Virus record (IMG/VR): IMGVR_UViG_3300032167_000039
Origin: a virus
Lineage: Duplodnaviria > Caudoviricetes
Length of the DNA: 64,000 nucleotides
Strand: one strand, 5' to 3'
The position numbers and the translations under genes are program-made. The notes beneath the pieces are model-generated. The model worked only from the letters and a program-made list of their open reading frames with translations, was not told the origin of the DNA and searched no databases. Below are positions 50,185-58,742 of the stretch, in pieces; positions within the stretch are counted from its first letter, which is position 1; each line of letters starts with the position of its first letter.

Positions 50185-52557
50185 ATGAATGATTTAATTT
50201 TTGAGAATGGTGACGACTTAAGATGGGAATCTGAAAATATTTCTGAATTAATTGATAATGAATATTATGATAACATGTACCCTGATTCAGACAATTCTAT
50301 TGCCTTAAAAAATCTATTAAATGGAGATGCACAAGGCACCAAAGAAAAAGATTACTTAGATCCAACTCCATTTATAAATAAAAAGGGAATCAACTATCTT
50401 GCAGCGAGAGCTGATGAAATAAAAGTCGGTATTGACAACATGGATTATACGGGACAAGATAAGGAAAATGAAAGCGATATTTTAACTACAATTTTTAATC
50501 TTTTAATGCCTCGTTATGCAAGACGAGTTGAAGTTGAAGATTTAAATAAAAATTTCTGGGTTATTGCCCAGACAATAGATGCCATCTTAAGTGCAATTTG
50601 GGGACATGATGGAATTATTGATATTATTCAAGAAATAATAAAAAGACAAAATAATCTTTATCTTAAAATTAATGATATTGATTATACAGTAAAAAGCTTA
50701 GATCAAACTATTTGTTTATTGAGACCTAATTTTTCAAGCTATTTTGACGATGGAACATATTTTGATTTAAATGGAGACGGATTAATCGGTCAAGATGACA
50801 TGTCTTTATTATTGGCAATAGGGGCAGACTTTGGAGCATCAAATTTTGATCTATTAAAAGAAAAGGTAGATGATTTTGTTGATAAATATTTGGTAGAAAC
50901 AGAGCAGGACTTTTGCCAACAAAATCCAGACACAGAAGAGACTTTTGTTGGAGAGTGGGGAATAAGAGATTATAATAATGAGAAGGAATTTAATAGTACC
51001 ATTAGAAAAAGAACTAATTTTGATCAATTAAGAATTTCAAGTGGGAAATCTCTTTGTTTTATTCGACCAAGCGGCGAAAATTTTTGTTGTGGATTATACG
51101 CACCTGGTTATAAAGAAGTTAACTTAGATTTATCTTTTGATGACGCGAAAGAAAAAGTCAAAGAAATTTTATTACATAAAGTAATTCAATTAAGCAAATT
51201 TTTTGAATTAAATGCAAATACAGTAAGCATTATAAAAATAAAAATAGATAATTTCCCTATTGAAAATTATCCAAATCAAACAGAAAAAATTCAATATAAT
51301 TATGAAAAATTTAGAGATTTTGGATTTTTATATGAAGATATAATTTCAAAAGAAAGTGACATATCTCTATCTCCGCAAAAGTTTGGAGAAAAATTAATTC
51401 ATTTCTTTTATCATGATTTAAAAGACAATACTGTAAATGAAGGCGGATATGCATGGGAAAGATGTGTTTACACTTCTGGATACAATTATACTGAAGGTGT
51501 TATTAAAAATAGCTGGATAACGATCCCTCATGTCTGTGCTTATCAACCAAGAAGAGATAATGTAAAAATGTTGGTTGCAGCATTCTCTAATTTTGATGTC
51601 TTTTTTAATTTTATTAAAGAAGAAGATAAAAGAGAAGAAAGAATTTCTATTTTAAGACAGCTATTATTAAATACTGAAAAAAGAATTCCTTATATTCTTT
51701 TCTCTGAAGAGTCTTATAAAAATGAAGAAATAAAAGGGCTTGCTTTCTTAACAGAAATGGAAATGAATAGTTTTGTTGAAATTCTTTTAAATGAGATAGA
51801 TATTTTATCAAGTGAAGATTTTTATCAAAAATATGTTGATCAATATCTCACAGTTGGTTCTTCGAATCGTGAGTTTCCTGCCGCTAATATTAAAGTAACA
51901 TATTGGGGCGGCATAGAAAAAAATAATTATTTTGAAATTATGAGAATAATGTCAAGAAGAATTCATTTTAATATTGCCGATGATCTTAAAACAGCAAATA
52001 TACAAAATTATTGCTATCCAACAGAAGGAAATGAAGGAGAGAATTATTATCTAAGATACGATATTAGAAGAATTGCTATTTATTATTGGTGCGATGACTT
52101 CAGAATAACAAAATGCAAGAATTATTTTGGCCCTTTCCGTCTAGATAATATTGCCCGTTTTAGAGGAGAGTATTATTATACATTAAATCCTTTCTTTGTG
52201 GAAAATGATTTGTGTAAAGAAGAAGAAAAGATTTATATAAATAGAGTTCATACTGCAAGACACAATGAAGAAGATGAATGGACTCAATGCTCAGAATTCT
52301 ATACGGTACAATCAAAAATAGATGAAAAACTTAGTGGGAATTTAGGCTCTCCTCATTGTGCAGATATTACAGACAACTATATTGTAGGAACAAACTGGGA
52401 GAATCCTGCATTGCTTTCTGTTTGTAAAATTAATTTCCGTGGTCATGAGCCAGGAATTACTTACACAACAGAAATAGAAAAAACTTGGTTTTTGAATGAA
52501 GATGAGGAAGATAATTTAGAGAGTGTATTTATTGAAGGAAGTAATCTCGCATGGTAA
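50185..52557 (+). CDS. large hypothetical, probably structural, protein with a dockerin/EF-hand-like loop
   Basis: 790 aa; DLNGDGLIGQDDMSLLL; N-terminal LLMPRYARRVEVEDLNKNFWVI. Confidence 0.6.
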   Translation: MNDLIFENGDDLRWESENISELIDNEYYDNMYPDSDNSIALKNLLNGDAQGTKEKDYLDPTPFINKKGINYLAARADEIKVGIDNMDYTGQDKENESDILTTIFNLLMPRYARRVEVEDLNKNFWVIAQTIDAILSAIWGHDGIIDIIQEIIKRQNNLYLKINDIDYTVKSLDQTICLLRPNFSSYFDDGTYFDLNGDGLIGQDDMSLLLAIGADFGASNFDLLKEKVDDFVDKYLVETEQDFCQQNPDTEETFVGEWGIRDYNNEKEFNSTIRKRTNFDQLRISSGKSLCFIRPSGENFCCGLYAPGYKEVNLDLSFDDAKEKVKEILLHKVIQLSKFFELNANTVSIIKIKIDNFPIENYPNQTEKIQYNYEKFRDFGFLYEDIISKESDISLSPQKFGEKLIHFFYHDLKDNTVNEGGYAWERCVYTSGYNYTEGVIKNSWITIPHVCAYQPRRDNVKMLVAAFSNFDVFFNFIKEEDKREERISILRQLLLNTEKRIPYILFSEESYKNEEIKGLAFLTEMEMNSFVEILLNEIDILSSEDFYQKYVDQYLTVGSSNREFPAANIKVTYWGGIEKNNYFEIMRIMSRRIHFNIADDLKTANIQNYCYPTEGNEGENYYLRYDIRRIAIYYWCDDFRITKCKNYFGPFRLDNIARFRGEYYYTLNPFFVENDLCKEEEKIYINRVHTARHNEEDEWTQCSEFYTVQSKIDEKLSGNLGSPHCADITDNYIVGTNWENPALLSVCKINFRGHEPGITYTTEIEKTWFLNEDEEDNLESVFIEGSNLAW

Positions 52558-52560
52558 ATT

Positions 52561-52608
52561 AAAGTCAAGGCTCACTGCCTTGACTTTTCTTTTTCTTTAT
52601 GATATACT
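52561..52608 (+). terminator. intrinsic terminator fused to a sigmaA promoter
   Basis: AAAGTCAAGGC-tcact-GCCTTGACTTTT; the 3' arm supplies TTGACT, with TATACT 17 nt later. Confidence 0.8.
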
Positions 52609-52673
52609 ATTTATAGAAATTTTATAAGAAATACTGTAAATAATGTTAGAAAATTTAATGGAGGTTAATAATA

Positions 52674-53006
52674 ATGGATAGAAAATTTATTTATATCATT
52701 ACGGTTATGGAAAGATTTAATAAAGAAGTAAATTATAAAAATGATGTACTTAATGTTTCTACTGGATTTACAAGAATTCCCGTTTTATGCGAGTCATTAG
52801 AAATGGCCTTAGAAATTGTTGAAAATAACATGTGTGATATTCAAGAACGATGTTATGATTTTGCTTGCATTGAAAAAATTGAATTAAATGAATTTTACCC
52901 ATGTGTAGAAGAAACAATTCTTTTTAGATATGACCACAGAAAAGAAAGATTTTATCAAATCGATAAGACTGAATTTCCAACATATACTATATGTGATGTA
53001 GGTTGA
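52674..53006 (+). CDS. hypothetical protein
   Basis: GGAGG RBS; phage-type DI.E..Y.FACIE motif. Confidence 0.65.
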   Translation: MDRKFIYIITVMERFNKEVNYKNDVLNVSTGFTRIPVLCESLEMALEIVENNMCDIQERCYDFACIEKIELNEFYPCVEETILFRYDHRKERFYQIDKTEFPTYTICDVG

Positions 53007-53058
53007 CATGAATTTAATTTTATGTTATGATAGAAAAGTTGTTAAATAAATTGGAGGA

Positions 53059-55245
53059 ATGTATATGACTTTAAATACTCGGCAAAGGAAAGTTGTTGAA
53101 GCAACTGAGAACAAAATTTTATGCCTTGCGGCGGCGGGCAGCGGAAAATGTATTCCAAATTCAATAAAAATTCCAACACCAAAAGGATGGAAAAGAGTAG
53201 ATGAAGTTAAAGTAGGAGATTATCTTTTTGATAAAGAAGGTAAGCCAACAAAAGTTGTGGGAGTATATCCTCAAGGAAAAAAAGAAGTTTATGAAATTAC
53301 TTTTGGAGATGGGAGAAAAGCTAAATGCAGTATTGATCATATTTGGAGCGTAAATCGAAAAACATGGAGAGATAGTCAACAATTTAAGAATTATACATTA
53401 AAAGAAATACTGGAGGATAAATGGCAAATTATAGATAAACGAGGACATAAATTACATAATTTTTCAATTCCTTGTGCCAAAGCAATTAATTATGAAAATG
53501 ATAAAAAATTAAAAGTAAACCCTTATTTATTTGGAATCTTTTTAGGAGATGGATGTTGTCGAGATCAAGCCTTAACACTCTCATCCAATGATAAAGAACT
53601 TGTAATAAAAATCCAAAAAATACTTAATAGTCCACAAGTTTACAAAAATCAATCTAATTATAGTTGGACATTTTATAAAGAGGATGGGCATAGATTCTCT
53701 ACAAAAGAGGTTTTAGGAGAATATGAAAAATTTATTTGCTGCTATTGTTATGAAAAATCAATTCCCGATGATTTTAAATACTCTTCTATAAAAGACAGGT
53801 ATGAATTAATTCAAGGACTTATGGATACAGATGGTTCTATTATTAGAGCGGATGGTAGATATCATGTAAGTTTTACAACTACAAGCTCCAAATTAAGAGA
53901 TGATTTTATTGAAGTGATGGGATCTTTAGGATATGTGTGTACTTACAGAACAGATAAGAGAAGCGATAAATATACTCATGGAGAAGCATATGAAGTAAAA
54001 ATAAATATTCCTAATGCGGAAAAGTATAAACTATTCTCTCTTTCAAGAAAAAAAGAAATTGCTTTGGAATGCAAAGATAAAAAACAAAATCGAAAATATG
54101 ATAGAACAACAATAATTAATATAGAAAAACTTAATTATAAAGAGGAAATGACTTGTTTTTATGTTGATAATGAGGAACATTTATTCCTTATGAATGATTT
54201 TATTGTTACTCATAATACAACTGTTTTAACAGAAAGAGTTCGTTATTTAATCGAAAAGCGCAATGTTCCTCCAGAAGAAATCTGTGCAATAAGTTTCACC
54301 AACATGGCGGCAGATGAAATGAAAAAGCGATTAGGCAATATTGCTATTGGAGCTTTTATTGGCACAATTCATAGCCTTGCCAATAATACTTGTATTGCAA
54401 ATGGAATTAGTACTGAAAAATATATTGCTGATACTGAATTTGATATGATTCTTCGAAAGGCATTAACAATTCCAAAGGGAAGATATCCTAAATTTACCCA
54501 TCTCCTCATTGATGAGTTTCAGGATACTGGTCAGCTTGAGTATAGTTTTATTGAAAGAATACCTACTAAAAATTTCTTTGTAGTTGCGGATGAGCGCCAA
54601 GCAATATATGGGTTTAAGGGCGCATCAGATATTTATGTAAGAAATCTATATCACGATGCTTTTTGTAAGGTATATTACCTAAATCAAAATTATCGTTGTG
54701 CGCCGAACATCATTTCCTATGCAGATAGTCTTATTGCTTCAATGGATAAACTAAGTCCAAAAACCGAAGCTATCAAAACAAAAGATGGCTATGTTAGTGA
54801 ACATTCTACATTTGTAGATGCTCTTGATGAACTTGAATGGTCTCAGGATTGGGGTAATTGGTTTGTTCTTACAAGAACAAATAATGAACTTGCAACTGCA
54901 ATGACTAAGCTTGAAGAGAGGAATATCCCTTATATTTCTTTTAAAAAGGGAGACCTTGATTTAATTGAAATGGAAGCTCTCCTTAAAGATAATCGAGTGA
55001 AGGTTTTAACAATCCATACTGCTAAGGGTTTGGAAAATAAGAATGTTATTGTTACTGGAGCAAGACTTTATAACGAAGAGGAAAGAAAAATTGCATATGT
55101 TGCCGCAACAAGAGCAGAACAGTCTCTTTATTGGTGTCCTTCTATCTGCCGCCGTGGCAAGGTTGGAAGACCAGATAACAGAGATGATGCAGATGCAGGA
55201 AAGGTATTTGAAAAAGCCGCCAAGAATATGATTTCTTTTGGGTGA
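53059..55245 (+). CDS. UvrD/PcrA-like SF1 helicase containing an intein
   Basis: AAAGSGK|T, SFTNMAA, GTIHS, IDEFQD, QAIYGF, NYRC, TIHTAKGLE, YVAATRA. Confidence 0.92.
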   Translation: MYMTLNTRQRKVVEATENKILCLAAAGSGKCIPNSIKIPTPKGWKRVDEVKVGDYLFDKEGKPTKVVGVYPQGKKEVYEITFGDGRKAKCSIDHIWSVNRKTWRDSQQFKNYTLKEILEDKWQIIDKRGHKLHNFSIPCAKAINYENDKKLKVNPYLFGIFLGDGCCRDQALTLSSNDKELVIKIQKILNSPQVYKNQSNYSWTFYKEDGHRFSTKEVLGEYEKFICCYCYEKSIPDDFKYSSIKDRYELIQGLMDTDGSIIRADGRYHVSFTTTSSKLRDDFIEVMGSLGYVCTYRTDKRSDKYTHGEAYEVKINIPNAEKYKLFSLSRKKEIALECKDKKQNRKYDRTTIINIEKLNYKEEMTCFYVDNEEHLFLMNDFIVTHNTTVLTERVRYLIEKRNVPPEEICAISFTNMAADEMKKRLGNIAIGAFIGTIHSLANNTCIANGISTEKYIADTEFDMILRKALTIPKGRYPKFTHLLIDEFQDTGQLEYSFIERIPTKNFFVVADERQAIYGFKGASDIYVRNLYHDAFCKVYYLNQNYRCAPNIISYADSLIASMDKLSPKTEAIKTKDGYVSEHSTFVDALDELEWSQDWGNWFVLTRTNNELATAMTKLEERNIPYISFKKGDLDLIEMEALLKDNRVKVLTIHTAKGLENKNVIVTGARLYNEEERKIAYVAATRAEQSLYWCPSICRRGKVGRPDNRDDADAGKVFEKAAKNMISFG
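53149..54216 (+). mobile_element. intein with LAGLIDADG endonuclease (356 aa) inside Walker A
   Basis: Begins with Cys after GSGK, ends IVTHN before Thr; block B CSIDHIW; LAGLIDADG motifs FGIFLGDG and IQGLMDTDG. Confidence 0.93.
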
Positions 55246-55250
55246 TTTAG

Positions 55251-55745
55251 TTGGATAGAGTGGAGATTTATAATAATGGAGAAATCAAAGTAGAAGTTGA
55301 AGGATGGTTTCACAGATACTTAAAATCAGTTGTAATTAGAACGGTTAAACTTTCTCAAGTTCAATACCGTTTTCTATTGGAAATTGCTCTGGATAAATTA
55401 AAAGAGCAAGATATTGATTATAAGGGCTGTGTACTAAAAGCTTCATCGAGCGCGCCCATACTTGAACACTATAAAATACTGTCTTTAATTGAGCCATTTA
55501 ATATTTTTGAATTTGCATTGACAACAATGGTTTCATTAGAAGATTGGGATTGTCTCGATGAACTAACTGGTCTAATAACACAACACTATAAAGAAGAAGA
55601 TATTCCTTTTTATTTGGAATTCTTTAAAAAACCAGTTTATAACATAGATGGTTTTATTGCAGCGAAATACGGCGGCGAGCTATTAATTTCTTTCTTTAAA
55701 CTGGATGATGAAGAAAGAGAGGAAAATATTAGAGATATTAATTAA
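55251..55745 (+). CDS. hypothetical protein
   Basis: 164-aa ORF with TTG start after GGGTGA. Confidence 0.6.
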   Translation: MDRVEIYNNGEIKVEVEGWFHRYLKSVVIRTVKLSQVQYRFLLEIALDKLKEQDIDYKGCVLKASSSAPILEHYKILSLIEPFNIFEFALTTMVSLEDWDCLDELTGLITQHYKEEDIPFYLEFFKKPVYNIDGFIAAKYGGELLISFFKLDDEEREENIRDIN

Positions 55746-55757
55746 AAATTCTACTTA
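55728..55757 (+). promoter_or_regulatory. putative phage-specific promoter
   Basis: ATTAGAG-N17-TACTTA. Confidence 0.65.
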
Positions 55758-55873
55758 ATAATATTGGAGGCTATTTTATGTTTACATCTAAAAAGAGCTA
55801 ATTGCTCTTTTAAATAACAGTAATTCCGAATTTTGAAAAACCAGTAATGGCGTATTAAAAGGAGGAAATAAAA

Positions 55874-56788
55874 ATGAATTCAAAAACAAAGAAGATTACA
55901 ACTCTTGTTGTTTCTACTGTTGCAGTAATTGCTACTGTAGTTATACTTCTGATTGGTGCCCCTGCTTACTCAACAGGAGAGACAGTTGAAACAACAAATT
56001 CTGTTGCCACCACAACAGAAACAATGACAACACAGACAATGACAGAAACAACTACATCGACGGCAGAAATCACAACTGCAACAACAGAGACAACTACAAC
56101 AGTAGAAACGACCACTGAAACAACAGAGGTTGTAACAACAAAACAAACTACAACTTTTATTGTAGAAACACAAAACCCAACTACTGAAGCGGCCTTAATT
56201 ACAACCGAACCTGTAGTTACTACGACTACTACAACAACTACAATTCCTGTAATTATAGAAGAATATGTAATATATAAGCCCGCAACGCATTATATTCATA
56301 TTAATACTTGTCGTTGGGCGGCGAGTGGTGATATCTATAGAATTGAAAATACAGAAGGTATAGAAGCAAGAAGATGCTCTGAATGTAATCCCTCTATGGA
56401 AATTATCACAGAATATATTGAACCAGTTCCTGAGCCTGGGGAGCTTACTTATATAAAGCATTTCACAAGAGGAACTTATTATGCCTATGGTGGGCCAAGA
56501 AAAGGTGGCTCACAGAGGCAGTTAATTGATTGTTCTATTGGTGACGGAACAGTCAAAGGTTCAATAGCAAGTAGTTACCTTTATCGAAATTATGGGTATA
56601 ACTACAATGGAAAACGCACTATGGTCTATTTGGAAATCAATGGCTATCCACAGATGAATGGATATTACTATCTTGATGACTGTGATGCCGGCAATCCTAA
56701 TGTAATTGACTTTTTCTTTCTTTATGGAAGTAATTGTCCTTTCCAGAGACAGGGTGTCGTACAAGTTGATTGTTATATAGTAAATTGA
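55874..56788 (+). CDS. membrane-anchored Thr-rich protein with a C-terminal 3D/DPBB-like domain
   Basis: N-terminal TM; long Thr/Glu linker; H..H..C...CSEC zinc-like motif; C-terminal GTYY..SIAS..GYYYLDDC...VIDFF. Confidence 0.65.
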   Translation: MNSKTKKITTLVVSTVAVIATVVILLIGAPAYSTGETVETTNSVATTTETMTTQTMTETTTSTAEITTATTETTTTVETTTETTEVVTTKQTTTFIVETQNPTTEAALITTEPVVTTTTTTTTIPVIIEEYVIYKPATHYIHINTCRWAASGDIYRIENTEGIEARRCSECNPSMEIITEYIEPVPEPGELTYIKHFTRGTYYAYGGPRKGGSQRQLIDCSIGDGTVKGSIASSYLYRNYGYNYNGKRTMVYLEINGYPQMNGYYYLDDCDAGNPNVIDFFFLYGSNCPFQRQGVVQVDCYIVN

Positions 56789-56892
56789 TTGAATTACTTA
56801 TGACAACGATAAACGATTGAGCTTGGCAAACTCAATTTTGAGCAACCCAACTTTAAGAGTTGAAAATAGGCATAAGGAATTACTGTTAATAA

Positions 56893-56927
56893 AAGGCACA
56901 GGCAATATAGTCTGTGCCTTATTTTAT
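56893..56927 (+). terminator. intrinsic terminator
   Basis: AAGGCACAGGC-aatata-GTCTGTGCCTT followed by ATTTTATT. Confidence 0.8.
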
Positions 56928-56977
56928 TGACATTTTTATGGGATTATGATATAATATTCTTATAAAGGAGGGAGAAT

Positions 56978-57484
56978 ATGAGTTATTATGTAATTGCAGA
57001 TACGAAATTTAATGATAATATTACCGCGGCGCGATTAAAGATTTCTCTTGAAGACTATAACAAAATGTTGATTGAGAGATGGAATTCTATAATTACAAAA
57101 GATGATAGTATTTTTGTCTTTGGAGTTTTTGGTGTTGGGCTTGGTAAGGAATTAAAATCTATAATTGAACAATTAAATGGTGTAATTTATATTGTAAACT
57201 ACATGGAAAATAAAATCTTTGACAGAGATAGATGGAAGAGACTTGGAATTCATGCAATATGGGACTGTAACTTTACTTACCCTATTGACAATGATAAAAT
57301 ATTCTTTCCTGCCGCCAAAAATTGTAGTGATGAAACTTGTAAATACAGAATTTTGACAGAAAAAGATGGGGCGGCGGAAGTTTATAAAGATAATAAACTT
57401 TCAATTGAAGCAAAATATTGGAATTATAAACCAATTTTATTAAAGAATATTCCACTTATTATTAAAGAAAGGGAGGAAAATTAA
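56978..57484 (+). CDS. degenerate calcineurin-like metallophosphoesterase homologue
   Basis: IADTKF (for DTHF), LIERWNS.ITKDD..FVFGVF (for LGD), LNG..YIVNYME (for GNHD). Confidence 0.6.
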   Translation: MSYYVIADTKFNDNITAARLKISLEDYNKMLIERWNSIITKDDSIFVFGVFGVGLGKELKSIIEQLNGVIYIVNYMENKIFDRDRWKRLGIHAIWDCNFTYPIDNDKIFFPAAKNCSDETCKYRILTEKDGAAEVYKDNKLSIEAKYWNYKPILLKNIPLIIKEREEN

Positions 57485-57485
57485 A

Positions 57486-58193
57486 ATGAAAGTAGAACTT
57501 ATTTCATGGACAAATAATCCTATAGAAACAGTTGAAAAAGCATGCTCTGTATGTTATGATTCAACACCCGATAGAAAAATTGTAAGTCAATGTTTAGCAT
57601 CAGGGCATCATTCTGTTGTTGAGCATATGAATTTTACTTTTAAGATCGAGGGCGTATCGAGAGTTTTAACTCATCAATTAGTACGCCATAGGATCGCTTC
57701 ATATTCTCAACGTAGTCAACGTTATTGTAGTGAAGAGGGGGCAAAAATGGTAGTACCACCTTCTATTGAGCAAAATGATGTTGCACTAGATATTTACAAC
57801 AAGATTATGTGGAGAATTGAAGAAGCATATAAAGATCTTCAGGCGCTGGAAATTCCCAATGAAGATGCTCGTTTTGTTTTACCTAATGCTTGTGAAACTA
57901 CTATTTATATGACTATGAATCTTAGAACTCTTGCTCATTTTATGAATGAAAGACTTTGTACTAGAGCACAATGGGAAATTCGTAAAATGGCACAAGAAAT
58001 GAAGAAAGCAATTAAAGAAAAACAATTTGAGATGCATCTCGATGATTTAGATATGGAATTAATTATGAGTGTTTGCGTCCCAAAATGTGAAGCTGGTAAG
58101 ATTAAGTTCTGTCCTGAACATAAGAGCTGTGGGAGACAAAAAACAGCACAAGAAATTAAGAATGTACTTCAGGCCTATTCAGTACTTAATTAA
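57486..58193 (+). CDS. thyX: flavin-dependent thymidylate synthase
   Basis: GHHSVVEH, QLVRHRIASYSQRSQRY, EDARFVLP, RAQWEIR. Confidence 0.96.
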   Translation: MKVELISWTNNPIETVEKACSVCYDSTPDRKIVSQCLASGHHSVVEHMNFTFKIEGVSRVLTHQLVRHRIASYSQRSQRYCSEEGAKMVVPPSIEQNDVALDIYNKIMWRIEEAYKDLQALEIPNEDARFVLPNACETTIYMTMNLRTLAHFMNERLCTRAQWEIRKMAQEMKKAIKEKQFEMHLDDLDMELIMSVCVPKCEAGKIKFCPEHKSCGRQKTAQEIKNVLQAYSVLN

Positions 58194-58208
58194 GGGAGGA
58201 ATAAGTGA

Positions 58209-58742
58209 ATGTTAGTTGCAGCACAATTATATCAACAAGAACTCCAGCAAAAACTTCGAGCAACTTGGTATGATCTTAAATACCAATATTTCTGGCAAGG
58301 TGGTTGTGAAGACATTGATATTCCAAATAATAATTATTGGAAGAAGCAATTCGCCTTTCTTGATAATGAAGGAAATGTAACTGGATATTTTAGTTACAAT
58401 TACTGTGCAGAGGCAAATTCAATTAATAATTTTGGATTAATTAGTTTCATTGACTATAATCCTCGCTTCATTCGATCTGTAATTAAGCATCTTGAAAATA
58501 TACTGTCTCAAGGACATATAAATCGAATTGAATTTTTTGCCTATGAAGACGGACCTGCAAACAAAGGCTATAAAAAATTGGTTAAGAAGTTTGGCGGCAA
58601 ACAGGTTGGAAAACTAACAAAAAATTCAAGATTGCTTGATGGTAAGCTTCATGACACTATTATCTATGAGATCCTTAGAGAAGATTATCTAAAAAAGAAT
58701 TGGCCTAAGTGTGACGGCTGGCGGCGGGAGGCAAGTGAATGA
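58209..58742 (+). CDS. GNAT (RimJ/RimL-like) acetyltransferase
   Basis: NRIEF....PA..Y..L..KFGG..VG....DGKLHD..IYEILREDY. Confidence 0.65.
   Translation: MLVAAQLYQQELQQKLRATWYDLKYQYFWQGGCEDIDIPNNNYWKKQFAFLDNEGNVTGYFSYNYCAEANSINNFGLISFIDYNPRFIRSVIKHLENILSQGHINRIEFFAYEDGPANKGYKKLVKKFGGKQVGKLTKNSRLLDGKLHDTIIYEILREDYLKKNWPKCDGWRREASE

Noticed and set aside
36417-52557. Diversity-generating retroelement acting on tail genes
   Set aside because: No reverse transcriptase in the window, and I saw no TR/VR pair differing only at adenines. The 78-bp repeat is a tandem in-frame duplication.
56789-56890. c-di-GMP-I riboswitch or hammerhead ribozyme
   Set aside because: GGCAAAC is present but the rest of the GEMM consensus is not, there is no CUGAUGA core, and the element is 3' of the gene.
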